From: Patescibacteria group bacterium
GTDB taxonomy: Bacteria > Patescibacteriota > UBA1384 > XYA2-FULL-43-10 > 1-14-0-10-43-13
DNA: 56,259 nucleotides
Direction: 5' to 3'
Assembly: GCA_041674765.1 (NCBI GenBank)
Contig: JBAYVE010000006.1
Location: 1 to 56,259, forward strand
Made by a program: the position numbers and the translations under genes
Notes under the pieces: model-generated
The model's database searches: none
What the model was told of the DNA's origin: nothing
Seen by the model: the letters and a program-made list of their open reading frames with translations, nothing else
In this document: piece after piece, positions 36,598 through 49,200 of the stretch
Layout: every line of letters starts with the position of its first letter
How positions within the stretch are numbered: the stretch's first letter is position 1

Positions 36598-37887
36598 ATG
36601 GCTGGAATACTTGGTAGTAACGCGCCACTTGGTAAATATGTTGACCCAAAAGCGCAGATTCTTTATGGAACAGGCAACAACAAATATACTCCAGAGCAGA
36701 TCCGGCAGTATGTACAGACACCTGGGAGAACGCCGGATGATGTTTTTAATGCCGCTTTGGGTGGTGGGATTAATAGGGACCAGCTTGTTAATGCAATGAA
36801 GGGTGTTGATGGGTATAATGCTGATGTAATTGACAAATATATAGCTGGCAAGGGTGTAAAGCTTGATAGAGAACCAACCGGGATACTGTATCAGCCAACG
36901 GAGGTTAAGGGAGTGACGGCATCGCCCATTACGGTAGGCGTAAATGAAACTGTTCAGGGGCAACTTAAAGGCATTCTTGAAGACAAAAACAGCCCACTGA
37001 TGCAGCAAGCGCAAACCACAGGTAATTCATACTCAAATAAACGTGGGATGCTGAATAGTTCAATTGGTGCAAGTGCCGCAGAAGGCGCTATGATCAACGC
37101 TGCAACGCCGATTGCACAGCAAGACGCATCGACATATTATGACGCAAAGAAAACCAATTCTGCGCAGTCTCTGCAAGCCGGTATGTTCAATAGCGACCTG
37201 AACGCAAGGACATCAATGTTTGATAAGGGCGTGGCCAAGGATCTGACTATCAATCAATCAAATAACGATCTTCAGAAAACCATTGCCACAATGGACTCTG
37301 ATAACAAATTGGCCATAGCAAATATACAAGCGATGGCTAGTGATTCTGGAATCATGGGTGATCTCGGTAAGTCCTTAATGAATTTGTATCAGCAAACTGC
37401 CGCAGATCCGAACATAAAGCCAGAGCAGAAAACAGAAATATTCAACAATCTCAGAACTCAGTTCGAGAATTTATCTACCTTGCTGCCGAGTTTCCAGAAA
37501 GCAGGGAAAAACCTAAACTTTAATATCCCGTCTAGTGCCGGCAATGCAGCGTCTGGATCACAGCCCGGCACGGGCGCGAGTGGTGGCGGCTCAAATCAGC
37601 AAGCCAATCAAGTAGCGAGAACCATACCATCGCCAGCCGGTGATCTGATATCCACAAATTATCGATTGAGTCCGAAAGAAATCACAAAAGTTACGCAGTA
37701 CAATACTAAATTCGGTTCCAGTATAGATATCAATGATGTCGTTCCAACCGAGCTGGTGGAGGAAAGAAAACGACTAAACCCATCAGAGAACATAGAGAAG
37801 TATTTCTTCCCGGTACCTTTGCCGGGTTCGCGCGTAACAATGGATTACTTCTATATCTATAAGGATGCTGTAAGCAAATACCAATGA
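36598..37887 (+). CDS. Putative DNA ejection/pilot protein
   Basis: Gln/Asn/Ala-rich; RGMLNSSIGASAA...ATPIAQQDA motif. Confidence 0.65.
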   Translation: MAGILGSNAPLGKYVDPKAQILYGTGNNKYTPEQIRQYVQTPGRTPDDVFNAALGGGINRDQLVNAMKGVDGYNADVIDKYIAGKGVKLDREPTGILYQPTEVKGVTASPITVGVNETVQGQLKGILEDKNSPLMQQAQTTGNSYSNKRGMLNSSIGASAAEGAMINAATPIAQQDASTYYDAKKTNSAQSLQAGMFNSDLNARTSMFDKGVAKDLTINQSNNDLQKTIATMDSDNKLAIANIQAMASDSGIMGDLGKSLMNLYQQTAADPNIKPEQKTEIFNNLRTQFENLSTLLPSFQKAGKNLNFNIPSSAGNAASGSQPGTGASGGGSNQQANQVARTIPSPAGDLISTNYRLSPKEITKVTQYNTKFGSSIDINDVVPTELVEERKRLNPSENIEKYFFPVPLPGSRVTMDYFYIYKDAVSKYQ

Positions 37888-38345
37888 TCCAGTACGAGAT
37901 AACGGATGATGCTGGGTTTATAAATAACTGCTTAACATCGCCCAGCGTTTGGCGAATGGGTTCTGATGACTCAATGACTATGGTCAAGCCAAACCTATTC
38001 TTTGTTCAACTTGGTAATATGTTCTTTTTGAAAGCAGGAGACTATGGCTTGTTGGTTGGAATCCCAGTCAATTCAATTATGCTGGATGTCCATGTAGCTC
38101 TGCTTCCAACCGCGCGCGGCAAGTCTGCTGAGATATGCCTCGGCGCTTTAATGTGGATGGCCAACAACACTCAGTACGTGCGTTTCGTGGCATCGATTCC
38201 TGAATACAATAAATTGGCAATTAGGCTGGCGATGAACGTTGGCATGCAATGTATTGGGGTAAACGAAAAATCATTTATGAAGAATGGCAATTTGGTTAAT
38301 CAAATTTTATTTGGTATCAGCAAGGAGGATCTATGCCACCAGTAG
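37884..38345 (+). CDS. GNAT-fold protein (P22 gp14 / DUF2824-like)
   Basis: LDVHVALLP.ARG, NKLAIRLAMNVGM; position among ejection genes. Confidence 0.75.
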   Translation: MIQYEITDDAGFINNCLTSPSVWRMGSDDSMTMVKPNLFFVQLGNMFFLKAGDYGLLVGIPVNSIMLDVHVALLPTARGKSAEICLGALMWMANNTQYVRFVASIPEYNKLAIRLAMNVGMQCIGVNEKSFMKNGNLVNQILFGISKEDLCHQ

Positions 38346-39007
38346 CAGCGTTCGGAGCAGCAATCGCGTCATCGGTAACTTTAACCGGTTTAGCCGCAGG
38401 TGCGGCAATTATAGGTACCGGTATGCAAGCAATCGGCATGGTCACTGGAAGTAAAACATTGCAGAAGATAGGCACCGGCTTCAGTATGGCTGGTGGCGTT
38501 GGTATGGGAGCATCTGCTCTCAGTGGAATGAATGCTTCTAGGGTGACTGGGGGTGGTTCAAAATCAATGGGAATATTGCAAACTGACAATATTGACGAAA
38601 TGCTATCTACTTCAATCAAGGGTAAGTCTGGTGGATTATCAACGTTCAATCCATCGAAAGCAGACACATCAAGTATGAATAACTTCCAAAGCGCGTCAAA
38701 AGGTATAGGAAGCAATCAGGCTGGCATGACAAGTTTTGATCCTGAGCTTGAGAAGAATTTCTTTCAACGTGCAAATGATACTTTAACAAAGCATAACTCA
38801 TTGTTGAACATTGCTGGCGGCATGGGTGAAGCGTACATGGTGAATGAGCGCATGGATCTTGAACGGGAATTGCTTGATAAGAAACTTGGGTTCGAGCAGC
38901 AATTGGTTGATCGGGTAAATACCAACAACGGGACACCATTGAACATAAACCCGTCATTTAATCTGAACCGTGATCCACGGGCATACACCGGAATTTTGGG
39001 GAGATAA
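38333..39007 (+). CDS. Putative ejection protein (gp7-like)
   Basis: Hydrophobic Gly/Ala-rich N-terminus. Confidence 0.6.
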   Translation: MPPVAAFGAAIASSVTLTGLAAGAAIIGTGMQAIGMVTGSKTLQKIGTGFSMAGGVGMGASALSGMNASRVTGGGSKSMGILQTDNIDEMLSTSIKGKSGGLSTFNPSKADTSSMNNFQSASKGIGSNQAGMTSFDPELEKNFFQRANDTLTKHNSLLNIAGGMGEAYMVNERMDLERELLDKKLGFEQQLVDRVNTNNGTPLNINPSFNLNRDPRAYTGILGR

Positions 39008-39009
39008 TT

Positions 39010-39606
39010 ATGCAGATGCAGCAAGGACAGCCGCAAGCCGAAGGGTCGCAAATGGATCCTATGGAAGAAGGTCAAGAAATGGGCGATATCTCTGCCGGTG
39101 AATTTACAATAGACAGCCAGCAAATAGAATCCGGCATAAAAGAACAAATGGACAAAACTCAGTCGAGCAACCTTGATCGAGTGCTGAATGAGGGCAATGA
39201 GTTATTGTTTGGCGAAGACACGCATTATCAGTTGATGGATAGCTTGCAAGGAAGCAAGGATATATCCGGTGATCTTGGTAATGGTGCTTTCAATATCATG
39301 TCTATGCTCATTAAAGAAAGTGGTAATAGCATACCAGGTGATGTGATTCTTCCTGCTGGGGTAATTCTCTTGGCGCGCGCAAGTGAATTTTTGAACGAAT
39401 CTAAAACAGTTCAAGTCACTGATGATGACTTTGAGGAAGCCGCTCATTTATTCACTGTAAAAACAATGAATGCATACGACAAAGATTTTCAGGGCAAGAT
39501 GAAACAATATTCTGCTCCAGGAGTGCAGGAAGATTCTGGTGATGAGCAGCAGCCTGATGTTGACGGTATGCAATCTCAGGGCGTAGGCATTTTGGGGAGG
39601 GGTTGA
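39010..39606 (+). CDS. Hypothetical virion-module protein
   Basis: Acidic 198-aa ORF in the ejection cluster. Confidence 0.65.
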   Translation: MQMQQGQPQAEGSQMDPMEEGQEMGDISAGEFTIDSQQIESGIKEQMDKTQSSNLDRVLNEGNELLFGEDTHYQLMDSLQGSKDISGDLGNGAFNIMSMLIKESGNSIPGDVILPAGVILLARASEFLNESKTVQVTDDDFEEAAHLFTVKTMNAYDKDFQGKMKQYSAPGVQEDSGDEQQPDVDGMQSQGVGILGRG

Positions 39607-39607
39607 G

Positions 39608-40276
39608 ATGGTTGGTTTTCTTGGAATGATGGCGGCTGGCGCTGCGGTAGGTGCTAGGAATGCATCGAATATGGATGTTCAAGCACAGAACCAGATGGAG
39701 ATGGAAAGAATCCGCAGTAATATTGATATTGACCGTGAAGCGCTCAGGCAGAAGTATCTTGATAAGAAATTTGCGCAGCAATCGGAAATAGGTGCGCAAC
39801 AATTCAAGGCAAAGGCTTTATTGGACGAGTCAAGGTACCAAAGAGAAAGGCAAGATAAGCTGTCTGACAGTGAGGCAAATAGAAAACATCAGCTTGAACT
39901 AGAGGGTATCAAGGAATCTGGTCGAAATTCAAGATTTAATCAAAGACAATCTTTGCTAAAAGAGAAGGGGTCTTCTGGTCCGCAAAGTGCGTCTGGCGAT
40001 GTGAAAGCCTCTTCACCTATTGGCAAAGCTACGCAGGATCTTGTTCGGCTTGGGTTGGCTCCAGACAACCAGACCGCTTACGAGATGGCCATGAAGCTTG
40101 ATATCGTAAAAGCGGCGCAGCAAAACCCAATGAATAAATTCTCTGATGACGAGTTGTTGAATAGCGTGAACAGACTGACGAGAGGGTTATATCCATCAGG
40201 TAGTTCTCAGCAAACGCAGCAACCAACCAATGATTTAATTCGGTCATTTAATCCAAAAACAGGACGATTCGAGTAA
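39608..40276 (+). CDS. Putative ejection protein
   Basis: GMMAAGAAVG N-terminus plus coiled coil. Confidence 0.6.
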   Translation: MVGFLGMMAAGAAVGARNASNMDVQAQNQMEMERIRSNIDIDREALRQKYLDKKFAQQSEIGAQQFKAKALLDESRYQRERQDKLSDSEANRKHQLELEGIKESGRNSRFNQRQSLLKEKGSSGPQSASGDVKASSPIGKATQDLVRLGLAPDNQTAYEMAMKLDIVKAAQQNPMNKFSDDELLNSVNRLTRGLYPSGSSQQTQQPTNDLIRSFNPKTGRFE

Positions 40277-43200
40277 TGGTGCAACAAGTTCGCGCGTATG
40301 GGCAAGTTCTGCAATTCCCGGATGATATGTCTGATGATGATATGGCGAAAGCAATTCAGAATAATGAGCATGTTCTGAATCCAAACTTCAAAGCGCCAGA
40401 AGGTCTTAGCGGCATTGCTAAAAATGTTGTGAGTGGCACTAAGCAAACCGGGCGCATGGTTGGGGCGGGGTTTGACACGATAAGGAATGAATTGGCCGGG
40501 GTTGAGGACTACGCGAAAGCATCTGATATCGCGCGTCAGCAAGAAACTCCAATTGAGCAAAGAAAACTGTTGGGTGAATTGTCTTCGATCGATCGGGATC
40601 AAGGTGCCCTAAGACAAATCGGAGATACGCTATCGGCTGCCGGTCGCAATCCGATGGGAACCGCTCAAATGATAACCGAGCAATTGCCAAACACGGCGGT
40701 ATCTCTCGGTGGTGGTTATGCTGGATTTAAAACAGGCGCAGCCGCAGGCGCTTTGTTCGGTCCTGTTGGCGCAACCATCGGCGGCACGCTTGGATTCCTA
40801 GGTGGCATGTTTCTTGGTAATGTGTTGCTAGAGACTGGTGGGAAAGCAATTGAAAAAGCATCTGACGAAGATGGATATACGCCAGAGGATCGTGATAACG
40901 CGCTGCGCGAAGGTGCTGTTAAAGGGGCTGTAATTACCGGTGTAGATGCTGCGACCTTAAAGCTTGGCAGTATGGTGACGAATAGGCTTGGAGCTGCTGC
41001 CACGAATGCGGGTGCCAAAGCGGAGGCGAAGGTGTTGATTGAAGCAGGGGTGGATATGTCTAGCACATCCGCAATCAATGCCGCTCTCAAGAGTTCTCCT
41101 GAGTTGTTGAAATCGGCAAAAGTGGCTGGTGAGAAAGCCGCAATACAAGCTTTGTCTAAATCAAAAAAGGCTGGGATCATCGGTACCGGCTTGGTCCTCG
41201 AAACTGCAGGCGAAGGTATTGGAGAGTATGCTGGAGAAATGGCTGCCACTGGCAAGGGTGATGTTGTTGATGCCACTATTGAAGCGCTATCGAGCGCAAC
41301 ACAAAGTATTGCTGAGACTGCATACAATTTCAATAAACTGAAATCAGGAAACGATCTGTCTGCTGACGGGATGCGTAAAGTAGCTGATAGTGTTAATGAA
41401 ATTACTCTCAAGGATGGGATAAATAATATAAGCAAGTCTCAGTCTGTCGATGAGGCAATTCAATCCGCAGTGGAAACGGTTTCCGCAAAGCCAGTTACGG
41501 CGAATGATGTATTAAAAACAGTTGACCCTACATTGCTAGATGTTGAAAGGTTGACGGGATTAAAACCAAGCGAAGTAATAAATGACGCAAATCTACAAGG
41601 AGAGCAAGATGTCAAAAACGAAGCCAGCCAAGAAGCCAAGCAGAAGGCCGGTCAAAAGCCCGTCTTACTAGGTAACGACACAGAAATAGTATTGCCAGAT
41701 GGGCAATCCATCCCCGCCAAATGGGGTGTTGTCGATGCAAATCAGGTTAGTGCATCGATAAAAGAGGGCATTAATCAGCCAAGGGACCGCACAAGAGCGG
41801 CTTCCGACATTCAGATTCAAGGAATCGCCAACAATCCTGATTATCGGCGTTTGTCTGACTCGGTGTTGATGGATACCGGGTCACCAACGTTAAGTTATGA
41901 CGGCTTGATTGTGGGTGGTAATGGTCGTTTTGAGGGAATCAGTCGGGCACACGAAACAGGCGCTTCTGAAAAGTATAGGGAAAGTTTACTAAATGATGCG
42001 CTAAGTAAAGGAATTGACGTTTCCCTTATACAAGGCATAAAGAGCCCGGTACTCGTGCGGCAGATCACGCAGCCATTCGACACTAGAAAGCTGGCTGTTG
42101 CGTCCAATTCCGGAACAAACATGCAGTATTCAGGCTTAGAATTAGCCAAGATTGATGCAGGTCGCATGTTCGGCATAGAGGATCTTGATATCGCTGATAA
42201 TGGCGATATCGCAATGACTGGGCTAAATTTTCAGAGAATTAAGCAATCTCTTGCTGATTATAATCAATCAGAGATTGCGGCAATTGTCGATAAGAACGGC
42301 GCATTATCTCAAGATGGCGTTAAGAGAATACGCAATGCAATACTAGCCAAGGCATACGGAAATTCAGAAACACTCGGGCGCATGGTTGAATCAACCGATA
42401 ATGACATGCGTAATGTGCTTGGCGCGCTAACTCGCACATCCGGAACGGTGGCTAGAGTACGATCTGAAATAAAATCAGGTGCAATACCGGAAGAATTGGA
42501 TATCACAGACAACCTTTTGAATGCCGTTGAAACACTGGCGCAAATTCGGTCAAAAGGTCAGCCGCTTGATCATTATCTTTCTCAGGAAAATATGTTTGGT
42601 GATAACATAGATTCTGACAGCAAAGAGATATTGCAATATCTTCACGATAATATTCGTAGCCAAAAGAAAATGGCTGAATTTATCAATAATGTGTACGGTC
42701 AGATCGGTAGCATTGACCAATCTACTGAGGATATTTTTGGCGATAATGTTGTGCCAACCAAAAAGGAAGTTATTGATAATGCAAAACCAACCGAACAAGA
42801 CGAACAGCAAGGAATCTTCAGCCAGCAAAAACCTGGTGGAACAAATGAACAAGAATCAAAAACTGAAGCAGATAATTCTGCAAGCGGCAAGGAAAAATTC
42901 AGAACGTCTGACGAACTCAGAAATAGAGCAATTACAGCAAGAGACACAAGAAGCCAACGTATCGCTGCAAAAAGCATTCAAAAATCTGAAGATAATCAAG
43001 TCAGCTTAAAACCTTCTCGCTCTCCAGAAGAAAGGCTAAAAGATCGTGAAAGAGCCAAGCAACTCGAAAGAAAGCTCAACGCCCAAGGATTCAACTACAC
43101 AGTCACAGCCAAGGATGTGCGGGACTTTTCTGCTGGAGATCGGGGCAAAGAAAATGAAGCGGATGCAGCGGAAAAGATTGCCAAAATCTTTGGCAGAAGA

Positions 43201-46200
43201 ATAGTATGGATTGAAGCCCGGGGTGATCATGCTATCAATGGCGTGGTTATCACAAGTATCAAAGATACGATATTCATTGACGTTAATACAGATAAAGCCG
43301 CTCATGCCATCATGGGGCATGAATTATCACATCACTTAGAGCACGACAAGCCGGAAGTATACAAAGAACTAACTCGATCTCTTATGACGGTTATAAGAGA
43401 TCATCCAGGTTATGCAAATAAATATGGAATAGAAGGCGCCCGCCAGTCTGATATTACCAAAGAAATTGTTGGCGATATCATGGGCGATAACTTCACAAAA
43501 CCGGAATTCTGGAATCGTGTTGCCGAAGCCAATCCTAGTACATACAAAAATATTGCGGATACAATTATCTCTTGGCTGAAACGTCTGATCATAAATGCAA
43601 AAGCACGTAGCCTTGGATCCGAGCAATGGGTAACTGACGCTCAGAAAGCACAGGATATTGTTGCTAAGGCGATTGCTCAGTACACCAGTCAATCCAATGC
43701 TCCGGCTTCAGGTAAAGCCAAATTCCATTCAGCATTTCACGGTTCACCGCACGACCACGATAAATTCGATTCATCCAAGATCGGCACAGGGGAAGGTGCG
43801 CAGGCATACGGTCATGGGTTGTATTTCGCTGAAAGCAAGGATGTGGCTGAGTCTTATAAAAAAGTTTTAACAGATGGGAAAATGGCTATAAACGGAATTC
43901 CGTTTGAGCCTAAAAACTACACAATCACAAAAATGGTTGCTAATCATAAAGGAAGCGATGATTCGTTAATTAGTAGGCTAGAGACTTATATTAAATGGAA
44001 TTCATCAAATCCATACGCAATGACAGAAGATGCGCAAATTGTTATTGATGCACTGAAAGACGGAACATTAACTAAGAAAGTTGGCGGCAAACTCTACCAA
44101 GTAGAACTAGCGCCAAAACAAGATGAATATCTGTTGTGGGATAAGCCATTATTAGAGCAGAGTGATAAAGTTATTGCGTCTCTTGAAAAGAAATTCTCGC
44201 TACCATCATTTGATAAAGACTTCGGTACGGCAGGTGAGTTTTATAGGTCAAGAGCGAGAAAGTTTGATAGCCAGGAGAAGGCTAGTTCCGAACTCTATAG
44301 TTTAGGCATTCGCGGTATTAAGTACCTGGACGGATCGAGCAGGCACAAAAAATATGTTGTGATTCTCTCCACTAAGAAGGGTGAATTCTCAAGAGGTGAA
44401 TTTGACAACAAGAGCCAAGCTGAAGAATACGCGAAGGATAAGCTCGAAGAAGGATTTGTGGCTGAAGTAAAATTCAATGAAGACGGAAACTTTAATTATG
44501 TAATTTTTGATGAAAATGACGTAACTATCACGGCCAAGTTCAGCAAGAAAGCGACTGATGAGCAGAACAAGCAAACGTTTGCACAGAAGGTCGCTGCATA
44601 TCAAGTTCTGGATGCCAAGTTCGATGATGATAATTTCATCAAGAATCTTGATATTGATTCATGGGGAGCATTGCGCAATTCATTGCAAGCTATCCGTGAA
44701 GACATAGCAAATGCTCTTGAAAATAACATCATTGATGCTATTGATGCGAACGGCAAAAGGCTATTGTCGCGCAATTCAACTGATAGTGGTAACGACTGGA
44801 GAATCACGTCATTTGATGCGGATGGTGATCCTCTCGGTCATTCTGAATACAGGAATGCAAAACGTGCTGTTGATGATCTTTTCGTATCAGGTATAAACCA
44901 AAATTGGAAAGCATTAAGCAAGGATGATCCTGATGCCGTGAAATTCTCTCGCGCTTCTCAAGGCAGTCTATTTGGTAACAATGATAATCTGGCCAGCCAA
45001 GAAGAGGTGTTAAAAGCAAATTCTGCGCGTCCAGGTGATTTATTCTCAAGCAGCAATAAGGGCGGCGTGCAACAAAACACGGCCATATCCGATGATATGT
45101 TTGCTAATACTGGTTCAGTAGAGAAAGATCCTGTGTTGCCGGAAGGTTTTAGTTTCACCGAAGGAAAGGGATTGATAGCAGGTAGATTTGCTGTATCCGA
45201 TAGTAATGGTGATACAGTAAGCAACTTCCATACTGACAAGCAGAAAGCGGCGCAGGAATTCGAGAGCAATCAATACCTTAAGAAGCAGTTTGAAGAAAAA
45301 TCCAAACGTAATGATGAAATATTTGAGAAAATTTCCAATAAATTGTTGGCCGGCGGTAAGGCTAGTGATGAAGATTTGAAAGGTTTGGATTTAAAACAGG
45401 TATCGAGATTTGATTATATTTCCCCGGTGATCCAAAAATTATTTGGGATAAGTAAATCAAAAGTAAGGGATGCAATGGGAGCGGCTTTATTCAAAAGTCA
45501 AGGCATTTATGGAGGGGAAACTTTTGAAGCAAATTCAAAATCTGCCTTAGAGAATGCTGCGAAATTTGTAAATTCTCAGAATGTCGGCCTAGATATTCCT
45601 AGAGATCAAGCTGCCGCCAAAATAGAAGATTTTGGGGAAAAGATTGGCGGCGCACGCAAAGACTTAGAGCGTTCTATTTCCAGAGAATACACCGACGACG
45701 ACATTGCTACTCAACCACTGAGCAAGATATGGCCGAAGGATGATTACCTTAATATTGAAAATCCTTTCTTATCGGCATTTTATTATTCAGCTCGTGAACA
45801 GATACCTACCAAGCCAAAGTTAAGCTACCGGGTAAAATCTTGGGTTCAAAAGGTCAAGATGTTTCGTGGCCTAGCAAAACTGGCTGTGTCTGGCTCCTTA
45901 AATGAAGACAAGATTATCGAATTCAGTAAAAAATTTCCAGGACTCGAGAATTTCTTTGCTCGTGCGCAAGTTTTGTCCAGGGTGCCGAACCGTCAGGACT
46001 GGTCAAGGGTGGAGAGCGTAGCCATTTATCCAGATGCCGGAAAATACGATAGCAATGGGATATTAATCAATTACCCAATGGCTCAAATTAAGATCGATGG
46101 CAGAACGACTGTTGTTAATGTAACGGACGTCGATCGGGTTGCCGAGAGCGTAAATGACCTTCTGCAGAAAGAAAAGCCAAATGATGACAAGAAAATGCAG

Positions 46201-49200
46201 TTTGAGTTGCGTGGTAGAACTGGCTCATATTTCATCAACAAGAAAGGCGATCGTGAATATCGTAAGCTCAAAACTTTCACTGATCTGAAGGAAGCTAGTC
46301 AATATCTCAAAAACAATTACGATGATCTTGTTGCTGCATGGGAGCTTGTAAAGGAAAGCGATAACGTCAAAAAAACCGATGTTAGGGGCGAAGAGAATCG
46401 ACCACGTACCGGGCAGGATTGGAGGCAAGGGAAGGATGTAACGCCGGACCAATTTCAATCTGCGTTCGGATTCCGTGGAGTCGAATTCGGTAATTGGGTA
46501 TCTCAAGGCAAAGATAATCGTGAGCGACAAGGAATGCTTAATCAGGCTTATGATGCATTGATGGACCTATCCAACATTGTTGGTGTGCCACCAAAAGCGC
46601 TATCTCTTAATGGATCGTTGGGGCTTGGATTCGGTTCGCGCGGCAAGGGAGCAGCGCTGGCTCACTTCGAGCCGGGTGCGCTTGTGATAAATCTCACTAA
46701 GACGAAAGGCGCAGGCAACCTAGCTCATGAATGGTTTCACGCTATGGATAATTATTTCCAGCGGAAGCGTGGAGAACCAAAGCCTGTACGTGAGGATATG
46801 TTCATTACATATCGGCCAGAACCGATGATGATGCACAAGAAAAGCGGCTCATTGATGACTCAATATCAGATTGAAAAAAGACGGTTGAGCAATCCTACTG
46901 CCGGATATTTTAGTCCCGAGAATTGGGTTAAAGATCCCAATCATCCTATGGGTGTGCGTCCTGAAGTAGAAGCCAGATTCTCTGATCTAGTGATAGCTCT
47001 TGATGAGTCCCCAATGAAGAAACGGGCGGGAGCGATCGACAAGGGTAAGGAAGATGGCTACTGGTCCAGAATCATTGAGCGTGCCGCGAGATCATTCGAG
47101 AATTATGTTATCGCCAAGATGATGAAGAAAGGCTATAACAATGACTATCTAGCCAATGTTACCAATGCAGAGGACTTCGCTCGAGACAAAGAGCGCTATC
47201 CTTACTTGCTTGAGAGCGAGGTTGCTCCAGTTGAGGAAGCATTCGATAATCTGTTCAGCGAGATTAAGACCAAAGAGACTGACAAAGGCATAGCAATGTT
47301 CAGTCGCGCCTCAATCCCCGACACAATCAACATCGACGGCGTTGACCGTCCAACCACGAACAGCGAAGGTAAGCCGATACATCCTACTGAGGAAGGTATT
47401 CGGAATTTTTGGCGGTGGTTTGGTGATAGCAAAGCCGTGGATGCTGGCGGTCGGCCAATTGTTTACAAACATTCAACGAAAGAGAGATTCTCTGAGTTTA
47501 AATCATCATACGGCGGAATATATTTAACAACCGGTAATTCTATTGCTGCAGATATATTTAATAATGACGGAGCAGGATTTACGCACGATATTTATATCAA
47601 GACAGAAAAGCCATTTATTGCTGTATGGAAAAAAATGCCTGGCGAGGAAAAGCAAGTATTGAAAGATATTATGAATTCAATATTTGATGAAAATGATATT
47701 CAAGATCTACGTGAAATTGATTCTGCAAATAGTGGAAGAGAATCAGAAATAGACCACTTTGAGTTATTTACTGATGGAGAATTTTATTTAACTCTAGGAA
47801 GGAATGCCCAGGATAAAGTTTTGGATATGATTAAAACGTATGGGTATGACTCGGTTGAATTCAGTGATTCTTTGGCATGGGGAGAAAACAATACATCAAC
47901 AGTTGTTTTTGATCCTGCGCGCCTCAAAATTTCTATGGGCGATGATGGTCCTAAGTTTAGTTTTGCCGGGAAGAAATCTGAAACGGCTGATTCAATGTCA
48001 CTTACTGCTGCGCAAGATCGTATTGCCAATGGCGACGATCAAGAACAAGTTAGGCAAGATACCGGATGGTTTCTGGGCGTCGATCGTAAGTGGCGTTATG
48101 AAATAAATGATAGTGATGCCTCAATCAAAAAACCGTTTCCTACTAAAAATCAGCCGTGGGGCGAGGTATACAAATCGGTGTACGCGCAACGCCTGAAAGA
48201 TGGATTTGCCGGAATAGCATTAGAGGATGTTATTGATCATCCTAAGTTGTTCGCAGCATATCCAAATTTAGCTAATCTCAGTATTGATACGGAAGTAGGT
48301 TCAGGAGCTTCTTTCAGAGTAAGTACAGGACTATCCCCGTCTATGATAACAATAGGAGAGGATGTGCCAATGAGCGATGTTTTGTCAGTATTGCTGCATG
48401 AGATCCAACATGGAATTCAAAGAACAGAAGGATTTGCTACTGGTGGTAGTGTGCAATCTTCTGCTCAATTTATCAGAGATAATGAGATAAAAAGAAATGA
48501 ATATCATGAAAGTTCCGCATATAAAAAATGGGCAGCCGAGCAGAATAAATTAATCGATAGTATTGATGATGAAGCTGATCTTCAAAAAGCACTTGAAGAT
48601 CACAGTAAAAAAAGACCGCCAAGCAATCATGTCTATCTTGATTTTTTTGATAGACCTGAATCAGTTTACAGGAGATTAGGTGGCGAAGTGGAGGCCAGAA
48701 ACGTTCAGGCTCGCATGGGCATGTCTGACGATCAGAGAAAGAGACAATCTCCAGAAGAAACACAAGATATCAAAAACGATGATGTCATATTAATGTTCAA
48801 TGGCAAGGTAATGAATAATGCACCGCCACCACAGAACGCACAAAAATCAATCCTGAATGAAGATAATGGTATTGGCAATGCCGACATAAAGACAACGGAA
48901 GGTGTGTCTCCTGAACGCACAAATAGCTTGGATATCCCTAGAGAATCACGCTTCAGAAAATTCCAACGTAAATATCAAGATTCATTCAATCGATTCACGG
49001 TAGTTAAAGAGTGGCTTGCGGATAAGGGTATAAACGTATCACAGCAAGCTGACGTGTACGCAGCAGAAGAACGATATCACGCAAAAGTAGCTAATCAAGT
49101 CGAGGACTTCCGCGAGCAGATCCGCAATCCTTTGATTGAGAAAATCGCTAAAGCAGGCTTTACGATGGATGATATTGCTGATTATCTGGAAGCGCAGCAT

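Noticed and set aside
40716-41435. 239-aa antisense ORF, and the many other short antisense ORFs in the track
   Set aside because: Opposite well-supported genes, no RBS or motifs; expected shadow frames
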